Source: Euglena gracilis (lineage: Eukaryota). From it: 64,000 bases of DNA. Numbering within the stretch: position 1 is the first letter of the stretch; each line of letters starts with the position of its first letter. This document shows, piece after piece, positions 37,922-48,985 of this stretch. Where the stretch lies: contig CP154954.1 in the NCBI GenBank assembly GCA_039621445.1, positions 10,063,521 through 10,127,520 of the forward strand. Reading direction: 5' to 3'. The notes beneath the pieces were generated by a model, which saw nothing but the letters and a program-made list of their open reading frames with translations, was not told where the DNA came from and made no database searches. The position numbers and the translations under genes were made by a program.

Positions 37922-38074
37922 AAGTATGGTTGCAGCTTCTTTCTTCTGAAGGCCCCCTCACCCTTGATGACCTTGACCCCCTTTGACCCCTTGACCGTCT
38001 CCTCGAGGATATGCTGTCCCCATGGAGACTGCCCCCCTTGCGCTACGGCTTCGGACGCGACCGTCTTGTGGGCG

Positions 38075-40324
38075 ATGAGCTCCAAGGCCCGCAACCGCCG
38101 GCAGCATGCTCTGAATGGGAACCCCCGCGGAGACCGCCTCGGGGCTCGCCGGACACCCACGCCCGCGCCTGCCACACGCTTGGAGCCGCGGCAACTGCAG
38201 GAGCTCCAGCTGGCGGCGACTCTTCGCGCTGCTGGCTGGACACTACCCACCTCCGTGGCCCCCGATGCGGCGGTCCGCGTGTACGACACGCGGCTGGACC
38301 CAGAATGGCTCCGAGGGCTGGCCCATGACCTCGAGTCCGGCCAGATGGCTGACCTGCAAGGCATATGCGTTGTCGGAGGCGACTTCGCTTCTGGCCCAGA
38401 TGTCGTGGATGCCGACGCCTTGCAGACGTCGGTGGCCCGACCATGGGGCCCCGGGGGGGCCCACTTGCTGCTCGTACCACCGCGCCCCCACTTGGAGAAG
38501 TGGCTGGAGAGGGTGCGGTTGCAGATCCCGTTGGAAGACGCCGCGTCCGTCGTCGCCGTCCTCGCGGTGGTGGAGCGCCGGCGCTGCCCAGCCCAGCTGA
38601 ACGCGGACACCCTCCGTCACCTGCTCCCCCAGGCCGTCGCCCTCTTCGACGACCCGCAGCTGGCCGTGGACATCATCGCCGTGGGCGAGCGGGCCCCCAT
38701 CCGCCGCGTGCCCGCGGACTCTCGGCAGCTCCCCCCGCCGACCTGGGAAACCGCGTTCCTTCCCCGGAATAAGGTCCTCGTGGCCCTGCGGGTGCGCCGC
38801 GCAGGCACCGATCGCCCCTTGCTGAGCGGTACGTGGATCCGCGGCCTACCCCCTGACCCTGAACCCTCTGCCGTGGAGCTCCTGCGGGTGGAGTATGTAG
38901 CACCCCCGGCGACCCGACAGCGGCAAGTCGAACGAGAGGCTCGCCGGGCGCTGGAGAAGCTGGCTGGGGCGATGGGCATTACTTTCGGCCCTGCCCACCG
39001 CCTTCAGCAGGTGCAGTTGACCCATGGGGGCTTGGCGGCCATCTTGGCCGTGCCGCGGGCCGAGGCTTCGCGCTGGCTGCGCGGCTCTGGCTGCGCTGGG
39101 GTGTTCCTGCGACCCTTCTGGACGGCGGACACCTCCCCAGCGCTCAATCGCGCCAACTTCAACCTGGTGTGGCTCCGCGGGCGCCGGGAGGAGGCGGCGG
39201 CCTTGTGGGAGAAGCTCCACGCGATGGAGGGCTTCGCGGGCTTGCTGCCTTCGGAAAAGGATGTGGCCGTCCGCATCGTTGGTGGTCCTGGACGTGGGGA
39301 GCTGGAGGCGCAGATCCGCTTCCTCCTCGGTGACGCCAAGGCCAACATCCACGTCCCCGTCCGGGGTGCGGTCTGGTGGCGGCTGGGCCCTCTCGAGGAC
39401 GCCGACGTCTTCCAGCTGCCGTCGCTGCTCGCCCAGCTGGGTTTGCAGCCGCTGCAGACACGCCTTGCCGCCGCCGGGCCGTTCCGTCGAGCGGCCTACG
39501 TGCAGGCCGTGGGCACCTCCTTCGACACGGGCGGGTGGGGACGTTCATGCGCTGCACGACTCACCCCGGCGTCCGCCCCGCCGCGTTCTGCGCCTCGTTC
39601 TTCGCCACGATCTGCGCCACGATCTGCCTCACCCTCCTCAGCGCTGCCACCCTCCTCGACGTGGGGCGGTGCACGGAAGATCCCCCCCCCGTCATCCATG
39701 GCCGCCCCAGCCACCCGGCCCACCCTGTCCGCCCCGTCCTCACCGGCTTGGCCACCCCCTGCCCCCCCAGGCTCGCGGAAGGAGCGCCTTGCAGCACAGC
39801 GACAGCAAGTCCTCACGCCGGCAGGGGAACCGGCCCCGCGGGCCCCCTTCGCCGCCCCTGCGCCTCCTCCGATGTCCACCGCGACGGACAATCTCGTGCT
39901 GGAGCTGCGTGAGATGCGCCGCGCCTTGGAGGGTCTTCAACGCCAACTCGCCGCGGTGCAGGAGGAGAACGCCACGCTCCGTCGGCAACTCGCCGCCGCT
40001 ACTTCCTCTAACCGCCGCCTGCCGCGCCCCCTCAGTGTCCCCCCCTATGAGCCCTCTCCTCCCGCTGGTCACCCATCCGAGCCCCTCTCCCCAACGCGGC
40101 CGCTGTCCACCCCCGGCGACGTGCGCGACCGGCGCGACGCAGAGGCCCTGCTCGCGCAGGACGAGGCGATCGCCGCCAGCTTGGGCGGAGACTCCCCGAT
40201 GACCCCCGCCGCGCTCTCCGGTGCTAAGCGTCCTACCGACCCCGCCGTGCTGACCACGCCGGAGAAGGACAAGCAGAAGCTGCCTCGCCGCTCTGCTTCG
40301 GTGGGCGCTGCCCACCATGACTGA
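38075..40324 (+). CDS. Retrotransposon ORF1 (~750 aa counting from ATG 38075; the frame is open from 37964)
   Basis: Uninterrupted ORF with a Pro/Ser-rich linker and C-terminal coiled coil (LVLELREMRRALEGLQRQLAAVQEENATLRRQL). Its stop overlaps the ORF2 start (ATGACTGA). Confidence 0.85.
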   Translation: MSSKARNRRQHALNGNPRGDRLGARRTPTPAPATRLEPRQLQELQLAATLRAAGWTLPTSVAPDAAVRVYDTRLDPEWLRGLAHDLESGQMADLQGICVVGGDFASGPDVVDADALQTSVARPWGPGGAHLLLVPPRPHLEKWLERVRLQIPLEDAASVVAVLAVVERRRCPAQLNADTLRHLLPQAVALFDDPQLAVDIIAVGERAPIRRVPADSRQLPPPTWETAFLPRNKVLVALRVRRAGTDRPLLSGTWIRGLPPDPEPSAVELLRVEYVAPPATRQRQVEREARRALEKLAGAMGITFGPAHRLQQVQLTHGGLAAILAVPRAEASRWLRGSGCAGVFLRPFWTADTSPALNRANFNLVWLRGRREEAAALWEKLHAMEGFAGLLPSEKDVAVRIVGGPGRGELEAQIRFLLGDAKANIHVPVRGAVWWRLGPLEDADVFQLPSLLAQLGLQPLQTRLAAAGPFRRAAYVQAVGTSFDTGGWGRSCAARLTPASAPPRSAPRSSPRSAPRSASPSSALPPSSTWGGARKIPPPSSMAAPATRPTLSAPSSPAWPPPAPPGSRKERLAAQRQQVLTPAGEPAPRAPFAAPAPPPMSTATDNLVLELREMRRALEGLQRQLAAVQEENATLRRQLAAATSSNRRLPRPLSVPPYEPSPPAGHPSEPLSPTRPLSTPGDVRDRRDAEALLAQDEAIAASLGGDSPMTPAALSGAKRPTDPAVLTTPEKDKQKLPRRSASVGAAHHD

Positions 40325-43300
40325 CATATCTTACCCTGGCGCCCGGCTCGGGCGGGAGCCGGTCGTCACACCCCTCGGAGCCGCCGGATCAAGACCCGCT
40401 TCCCCCTCCCCAGTCACCGCCCCGCCGCCAGCCCCTTCCCGTCCGCCCCTTCTCCGCATCGGCACGTGGAACATGTCCCACTGGACACCCGCCAAGGTGG
40501 CCGCGGTGGCCTCCCTTCCCTTCGATATCCTGGCAGTGCAGGAGACCCACCTCGCCCCCGTGCTGCTGGAGCGCGCGCACACCACCACCCGCCACCTGCA
40601 GCTGCACCTGCACCATGGACGCCCCGCCCCCCCCTTGGAGCACTCCGAGCATGCCCGCTCTGTCGGAGTGGGCTTTCTCTGCCGCAGCGGCCTCCCCGTC
40701 TCCCCGATGGTCCCCCAGTTTCCTGCGTGGTGCCGCCTGGTGTCCATGCGGCGCCTGCACGCCGTCTCCCTCCCGCCGCGCCCTGACCTCCCCCGCGGTC
40801 TGCTGCTGCTCTCCGTGTACGCCCCGCTGGATCGGCAGTCTGCAGAGCGCGCCAGCTTCGACCTCGCCTTCCGCGAACTCTCCCACTCCCTCGACATGCA
40901 GGTACCCACACTGCTGCTGGGGGACTGGAACGGCTCCGTGCTGCCCTCCCGGGATTACAGCAGTCGCAGCGGCCGCCAGCGTACCCCCTGCCCCCTGCTG
41001 GCCCACCTCACGGGTCCCGGAGCCCCGTGGACTGACGCCCATGCAGCCCTCCTCCCCGAACCCCTCCCCATGACCTTCCACTCCCCCCAGCTGTCCGGCC
41101 AGGTGGCGGCCTCCCGGATCGACCTCATCCTGGCCAACAACGCCGCCATGCCCCTCCTCCGCGGCGCCTCCGTGGAGTCGGACTTCCGCGATGGGGGTCA
41201 CTCACCGTGCTTCGTCTCCCTGTCCCTCTCCGCCGGACGCCTGGAATGGCGCCCCCCCGTGGACCGCCCACCGCCCCCCTGTACGGCCCCTCCGCCGACC
41301 TCTTGCAGTCCTCCGCGTGGAGCGAGATCCTGACTTCCTGGGAAGCCTCGCCAGAGGTGGCCGCCCTGTCCCCGGACCGCGACCACACGCTCGAGTCCCT
41401 CTCGGCCGCCCTGCACGCGGCCCTGCAGCGTCTGGTCAGTCTGGCTGGCGGCTGGACGCGGCGCGCCCCGCACCGCCGGCCTGCGTACGAGTCCGTGAAG
41501 GTGGTGCACCTCCGTGGCACGCTCGCGGAGCTGCACCGCCTGGAGCGCCTCACCGCCCGCCCGCCCTCCACCGGCCCATGGCCCTGGTCCTGGGTCCGCC
41601 TGCTGGATTCCCTCGCCGCCCGCGGTGTCCACCTCCCCCGCACGACCGTCCCCGCCCTCCGCAGCGCCATCTCCGCAGCGTCCGCCGCCCGCCGCACCGC
41701 CCTGGACAGCGCCCTCCAAGCCCACCGCCGCGCCCGCCATACCCGGTGGCGGGACGCCCTCCCCCAGCTGTGGCACGAGCGCCCCGCAGTGATCTTCCGC
41801 TGGCTCAAGGCGGAAGCCCCTCCCTTTGGCGCTCGGCCCATCCTCGACGCCTCCGGCTACCAGTGCATGACCCATGCCGCCGTCGACCAAGTGGTCCAGT
41901 CCTTCTGGGTGGACAGTGTACTGCGCCAGCACGCCTCCCAGGACCCCGCAGCCCGCTGGAGCGCCTTCCTCTCCTCGGAGTTCGGTGCCCATCTGCCGAC
42001 CGCCTCGTGGCCCTCGGTACCCTGGACGACAGAGCGGGTGCGGTCCGCCCTCCGCAGCATGCGGGATGGCGCCGCCCCGGGCATCACCGGCATCCCCCTG
42101 GCAGCGTGGAAGGCCATGCCGACATGGTGGTACGCTGCTGTGGCGCGCCTCCTCGCTCTGGTGGAGCAACAGCGCCGCTGGCCCCAGGAGTGGCTGCAGG
42201 CCTACGTGGCCATGGTGCCCAAGTCCTCTGGCGGCGTCCGACCCCAAGACCAGCGGCCCATCACCGTCCTGGAGCTGATCTATCGAGTGTGGGCCAAGGG
42301 GACTGTCACCTCCTGGGCCTCCACGCTGGAGCAGTTCGTGCTGAGTGACGCCGCCTTCGGCTTCCGTTCGCAGCGGGGTACACTGCCCGCGGCACAGGTG
42401 GTCGCGGACCTCATCGAGCGCTCCGCACGCGAGGACTCCGAGCTGTGGCTTGCGTCCTTCGACGTGATGAAGTGCTTCGACTCCCTCCCGTGGTGGGCGG
42501 TGTTCGGCACCCTCCGACATGCGGGAGTCCCAGCAGCCACGGTGGACTGCTTCGAGGCGTTCTACACCTCCGTCTCCCGGCGCTTCCGGTATGGCCACGT
42601 CGACGGCTCCTCATGGCGCGCGGCCAATGGCCTGGCCCAAGGCTGCCCTGCCAGCCCTGATCTCTTGAACATCCTGTTCGAGGGGTTCCACCGATGGGCG
42701 GCCACCTCCAGCTGCGGGGTGCATATCGCCGGACACCACGTGGCCTCCCTCAGCTTCGCCGACGATCTCGTCCTGGTGGGCTCCGGCCGTGACGCTATCA
42801 CATCCCTCATCTCCGCCTACCTGCGCTGGTGCGCCTTGCTGGGCGTCCGCGTGACGAAGGTGCAGCTATGGTCGTCCCTCGGCGCGGGCCTCTCCGTCCC
42901 TGTCCCGAACATGGTCCTGACCTCCGCCGCGAGCTTCCGCTTCGTGGGTATCGAGCTCGGAATGCGGGAGCCCGCGGCCTCACGGGTCCACTTTGCCCCC
43001 CGGGTGGAGAAGGCCCTGGCTGCTGCCCACCGCCTCCGCTCCCTGCCGCTCCCCGCCGCCGTCTGCTGCACCTTGTGGCGCACCGCCGTGCTGCCCCAAG
43101 CCCTCTACGGCTGCCAGCTGCGCAACCTGCTGCCTGCGGACGTAGCCCTCCTCGCCGCCGCCGGGAAGTCCCTGCTCCACAAACCCCCGCTGGAGCTCAA
43201 CCTCTGGCGCAGCCCCGACGTGGCCATGGGCCTCCCCCTCGGCGCCTCAGCCGTCCGCGAGCCCCTCGCGGAGGCCCGCCTGTTGCAGCTGCAGTGGCTC

Positions 43301-45973
43301 CAGCTGATCGCCAACTCCCCCGGCCTGGTCGGCTGCCTCCACCGCGCCATCGCCTGCCCCGGCCCTGACTGGCTCGAGCACTCCGTCGCCCTCCGTGCCG
43401 CCCTGCAGGCCGTCTCGTGGACCGTGCGCCGTAACCCGGCTTGCCCACGAGCCTCACAGTGGCCCGCGCTGTCCCCCGAACCCCCGTATCCCGGAGACGT
43501 GACCTTGACCGCGATGGACCGCCTCCCCGCCCCCGGTGCGGCCTTCACGGACGGCTCGCTAGGCCGCCGAGGCGGTGCCGCAGCGTGGTTCCCCGACACC
43601 GAGGACTTCTCCCTGATCAGTGTCCCCGCCCCCCGCAGCAGTACCCACTGTGAGCTGGCGGCCCTCGGCGCTGCCCTCCGGCGCTGCCCCTCAGAGGTGT
43701 TCTCCGACAGCCTGTGCTCCCTTCAGCTGCTGCTTCGCTGGGGTTCCCGCTCCACCGCCGCCGCCCTCCGCTGCGTCGACCGCTTCGATGTCCGCCACGT
43801 GCTGGAGCTCGCCCGCAGCTGCCCCTCCGCCCCCCCGCTGCACAAGGTGCAGGCCCACCAGGAGGACGCCATCGCCTCCGGTCACCCCCTCGCCATCGGC
43901 AACGACCAGGCCGACTCCCTCGCCAAGCGGGCCGCCCGAGACACCGGCCTCCCCGTCTGGGATCCGCCCCCCTCCTGCCGCGACGCCGTCGAGCTGCTGG
44001 ACCCCTCCGGCGCCCCCGTCATCGACGTGCTGTCCGCCTTCCCCGTGACCTGGTGGCGTCGTCAACGCCGTTCCTGGGGACCCCCTGGCACCCGCCCCCG
44101 CCTCGAGCTGCTGTACCCCCGTGGAGATGGACTTCGACTGGCCCTCCTCGGTCGCCATCTTCCTGCGGCCTTGCTGCGCGTCAGGCCAGTTCCGCCACCC
44201 GGTGGCCCCAGCAGTGGTGAAGTGGGTCGCCCGCGTCCGGAGCGGCTGCCTGGCCACCCAAGCCCGCCGCCTCCGATGCCGATGGGTCGACTCCGCGCTA
44301 TGCCCTTGCTGTGCCGAGATGGACGAAGATGACCGCCACCTCCTGGCAGACTGTCCGGCCACCGGCTCACGCGACTGGCCAGCGGCGCTCCCCACCCTGT
44401 GGGCCTCGGTGGCTCTCGCCTGCCGCTTGGCCGTCCCCCCTCCCCCAGCGGACTGGCTGCATCAGCACCATCTTCCCCTCACGGCGGCCCTGATCCCGAC
44501 GTCCACCCTGCAGCACCACCCTCTGTCCTCGGCAGATGCGGTTCGCTTCCTGCGCCGCCTCCACGTGGCGTTGGCCGAGCGCCTCGCCGAGCTGCTCAGC
44601 CGCCGCTACACCCTCGTGCTGGCGGATCCCTCTCCCGGGCCTGCCCCCGCCCCCCCCAGCCCATCGGCTCCCCGCCTCCGTCGTCCCTGCCCGCTCCCCG
44701 CCTCACGCCAGCCCACCGTCCCCACCCTCCGCCAGTGGGAGATCTCCGACCGCGCCGCCCCCCGCCCCCCTCCGAGCCCCACACCCACCCCACCGCATGG
44801 CGAAGCCCGACGGCTGTGGCTGCGCTCCCGCCTCGACGAGCTCCTGCGCGATGAGATGGTGGCCTGCCCGGCCGCCTCCGGATGCTCCGCCGTCGCCATC
44901 CTGGCCCTCTTCGAGTCCACCACGGGAGAGCCTTTCACCGCCTCCCCCGGCACCCCGGTCAAGGACCGCGTGTCCGCTGTGGCCCGCGTGCTGAGCAACT
45001 TGCTGGCCGAATCTGCCTTGATGCAGCCCCCCCTCTCGAGAATCCGGCGTCAGGGCACGTTCTATTACAGCCGTGCCCCCAAGACCTCGCTGGACGCGGA
45101 CCGGTGGCGACGCTCCACCCAAGCCCGCGAGGCCGCCCACCCCGCGGCCGCCCTCCACCACCGGATGACCTCCGCCGACTCCACCTTCGTCCCGTGGATC
45201 CGCGATCACCGTTCCCTCACCCCCGTACCCCCGGACCGGGGCGAGTGCAGCATGGCCCTGTTGCTGCTGTGGGAGATCGACCACGATCGCCCCTTCCCCT
45301 CCACCGGCGCCGACCCGTCCAAGATCCTGTCGGGCTTCACCCGCCGCCTCCAGACCCACGTGCGGCAGTCCCCCGACCTGGACTGGTTCTTCCACAAGGA
45401 CGTTCACCTCCCCCTCGCCCGGGGCCTCCCGTGCTCCCACCACGTCCGATGGTCGGTGCAGGTGGTGGAGCCCACAGCCGGAGCGGGTGCCGCCTGGTAC
45501 CACCGGTTCGTGGCACACTGGCAGCTGTACCTCCGCAGCTTGCTGGCCCCCGCCCTCCCCCCGGTGGCCCCGGCAGCCCCGATGCCCTTGCTCCCCCGGA
45601 GCCATCGTCATCGCCCCCTCCAGACCCAGCGTCCGAGACCGCGACAGTGTCGGCCGTCTCAGTGAACGTCCCCGCACCAGCCGACGCAGACCCCCCCAGC
45701 CCGCCCGACCCAGCCCGGCCGCACCGTGTAGCCCCCAAACGTCGCGCGGTCTCCTCCGAACGCCGGCCGCCCACCCCGGCTCTCTCCGGCCGTCGACCGC
45801 CTGCCTCCCGCAGCCCCCTAGCCGCGGATGCCAGCTCCTCAGCACGCCGACCCGCCCCGCTGCCGGCCGACCCACCCCCGCGGAAGAAGCAGGCCACCTT
45901 GGCCGACTGGATGCAGCCCGCTCGTCCCCGGCCGCCTCCCCATGGGCGTGCCACGGAGGGCCCGCCCACCTAG
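40317..45973 (+). CDS. Retrotransposon ORF2: APE (~40450-41215), RT (~42050-42970), RNase H (~43540-43935), CCHC finger (~44300-44355), long C-terminal extension; three apparent frameshifts (~41250-41280, ~44116-44120, ~45545-45600)
   Basis: APE: TWNM, LAVQETH, SVYAP, LGDWN, SRIDLI. RT: RPITVL, DVMKCFD, GLAQGCPASP, FADD. RNase H: FTDGS, CELAAL, FSDS, KVQAH, GNDQADSLAK. Finger: CPCC...RHLLADC. The breaks fall in or next to C runs. Confidence 0.93.
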
Positions 45974-46157
45974 CCCGGTGGGCCAGGGCGCGGGAATCGC
46001 GGCCTGGGTTCGCGCCTAGGCCGTTGAGCCCACTCAGCGCCCGGTGATGGACAGCTCCATCGCCAACCGAGACAAAAAAATCAAAAAAAAAAAACAACAA
46101 AAAAGAATAAGAGATAAACAAAACAAAAAAAAAAAACAAAACAAAAAAAAAAAAAAA

Positions 46158-47232
46158 CCCCCCCCCACCACCCACCACCACCACCACCACCCACCACCAC
46201 CACCACCACCACCACCCACCACCACCACCACCACCACCTCCACCACCACCACCACCACCACCACCACCACCACCAGCCACCACCACCACCACCACCACCA
46301 CCACCACCACCACCACCACCACCACCACCACCACCCCCACCACCACCACCACCACCACCACACACCACCACCACCACCACCACCACCACCACCACCACCA
46401 CCACAACACCACCCACCACCCCCCCCACCACCACCACCACCACCACCACCACCACCACCACCCCCCCCCCCCCCACCACCACCACCACCACCACCACCCC
46501 CACCACCACCACCACCACCACCACCACCACCACCACCACCACCACCACCACCACCACCACCACCACCACCACCACCACCACCACCACCACCACCACCACC
46601 ACCAACCACACCACCACCACCACCAACCCCCCCCACCACCACCACCACCACCACCACCACCACCACACCACCACCACCACCACCACCAACACCCCCCCCC
46701 CCCCCCCCACCAACACCCACACCCCCCCCACCCCCACCACCACCACCACCCCCACCACCACCACCACACACACCACCACCACCACCACCACCACCACCAC
46801 CACCACCACCACCACCACCACCACCACCACCCCACCACAACCACCACCACCACAACCAACCACAACCAACACAACCTCCACCACCGCCACCACCACCACC
46901 ACCACCACCACCACCACCACCACCACCACCACCACCACCACCACCACCACCACCACCACCACCACCACCAACCACCACCACCACCACCACCACCACCACC
47001 ACCCCCACCACCCCCACCACCACCACCACCCACCACCACAACCACCACGCACCCCACCACCACCAGTCTCACCACCACCACCACCACCACCAAGAAATAG
47101 TGTTGAAACCACCACCGTACCACCACCACCACCACCACCACCACCACCACCACCACACCACCACCACCACCACCACCACCACCAACCAACCCCACCACCA
47201 CCACCACCACCCACACCACCACCACCACCACC

Positions 47233-47263
<31 letters not shown>

Positions 47264-47798
47264 CCACCACCACCACCACCACCACCACCACCACCACCAC
47301 CACCACCACCACCACCACCACCCCACCACACCACCACACCACCACCCCACCACCACCACCACCACCACCGACCACCACCACCTACGCACCACCACCACCA
47401 CCCCCACCCACCACCACCACCACCCACCACCACCCCCACGCACCCCCACCACCACGCACCACCACCACCACGCACCACCACCACCACGCACCACCACCAC
47501 CACGCACCACCACCACCACCACGCACCACCACCACCACCACGCACCACCACCACCACCACCACCACCACCACCACCACCACCACCACCACCACCACCACC
47601 ACCACCACCACCACCACCACCACCACCACCAACACCACCACCACCACCACCACCACCACCACCACCACCCCCCCCCACCACACCACCACCACCACCACCA
47701 CCACCACCACCACCACCACCACCACCACCACCACCACCACCACCACCACCACCACCACCACCACCACCACCACCACCACCACCACCACCACCACCACC
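46158..47798. repeat. (CCA)n microsatellite, right flank of the retrotransposon
   Basis: About 1.6 kb of CCA, same strand as the left flank. Confidence 0.98.
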
Positions 47799-48985
47799 AA
47801 TGGGTTTTTTGTTACCACCGGTGCTGCAGCAACTTTCCTGTTGTGTGCCAGCTGTGTCACTACATCACGAAACCTTCCAGTTTCTTCCCATTTTTCTCCA
47901 TTGTAAAGAAGGGCATTTGGTGGTATTTTTTTCCCAGAAAGAAACACAACAGAAAGGAACCATCCGCTATGTACTTGTGGCGACGCAGGGACAGATACCA
48001 ATGTTCCAATGTTTGAACGGACACAGTGCTTCCACCACTTGGAGACCCTCCTGGTCAGCAGCTTTAAGCAGCCGATCTCGCATTTAAGCTTTTCTCTGTT
48101 CTTTTGCAATTGCGCAAAGGAACTCGATGTGGTTTGAGTCCAGGTTTTTGAACCGCCGGCACTCTGTGTGTGGATCTTCATCATTTTCGGGGGTGAACCA
48201 TGCGTACAGGCCAAAATTGCTGTGTTTTCTAGTCCGCCAACCATCCCTGCTTATAGTTTCTCCTGCATTGAAAACGTTTACAGCAGCAAAAGTCATCGAA
48301 AATCTTGAATTTATCGGGTCCCAAAAAATGTCGTGAAGTATCGGCTTTATTGGGGGGTTGCGTGTTCTTTTTGCTGTTTTTTGGGGCCATTTTGGGATTC
48401 TCCAAAATCACAAAATGAGCATATCGGGGCACAAAATGATCATATAGGTTTTATCGTCTTATATCGAGGATATCAGGGTGTCAATCTATCAAAATTTATC
48501 GGGACCCCCCAAACCCAATATCAATATCCATCCTTGATCCAGAAATATTCCATTCAGCTGGCATAAAAGTAATCGAACAAGCCCATTGCAGGATGCACGC
48601 CTTTTCAGGCTCAAACGGAAAGGGAGTTAATTTTACTTTTTGATTGGCAACGGCGGTCCAATGGCAGGTCGAACAGGGGTCAAAAATTAAACTTGAGAAA
48701 CTTTGAAACGTTGAGAAACTCATTTTTTGACGTTTTGGGTGGATTGGCAAATGGCCAGAGATACCTTCCCTCTCCCCCGAAACTCGACCCTTTTTTTTAT
48801 ATACCAAAACATGGCCATGTTTTCGCCATTTTGCCTGTGCTGGGACTGGAATTTCTCTTTGGCTAAGGCTGCATCGTGCTGTACCAGCGAGCCTCTGCGC
48901 CGGAAAGGCGGCAAAAGAGCAGTGGAGTGCACACCTCAGGGCCCGCCACGCCGTGCACAGACCGGCCGTCCCCCCGGTCCCCGCC

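Larger units (their letters stand above)
37922..46157 (+). mobile_element. Apparently full-length APE-type non-LTR retrotransposon (LINE) with RNase H, inserted in (CCA)n
   Basis: Two overlapping ORFs, intronless and very GC-rich, ~100-nt 3' UTR, A-rich tail at 46074-46157, CCA repeats on both sides. Confidence 0.95.

Noticed and set aside
36088-37986. Long poly-P/T/H ORFs here, at 46044-47906 and at 15060-15398, and their antisense equivalents
   Set aside because: These are translations of CCA/CAT microsatellites.
37922-38074. HDV-like ribozyme or canonical 2A peptide at the LINE 5' end
   Set aside because: I could not fit an HDV fold by eye, and there is no D-x-E-x-NPGP motif. A covariance-model search is needed to exclude a ribozyme.
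38043-45969. Numerous antisense and alternate-frame ORFs over the LINE
   Set aside because: They are shadow ORFs caused by very high GC content.
47092-47108. Non-repeat island AAGAAATAGTGTTGAAA inside the CCA tract as a remnant insertion
   Set aside because: It is too short, does not match the element ends, and sits in an error-prone region.
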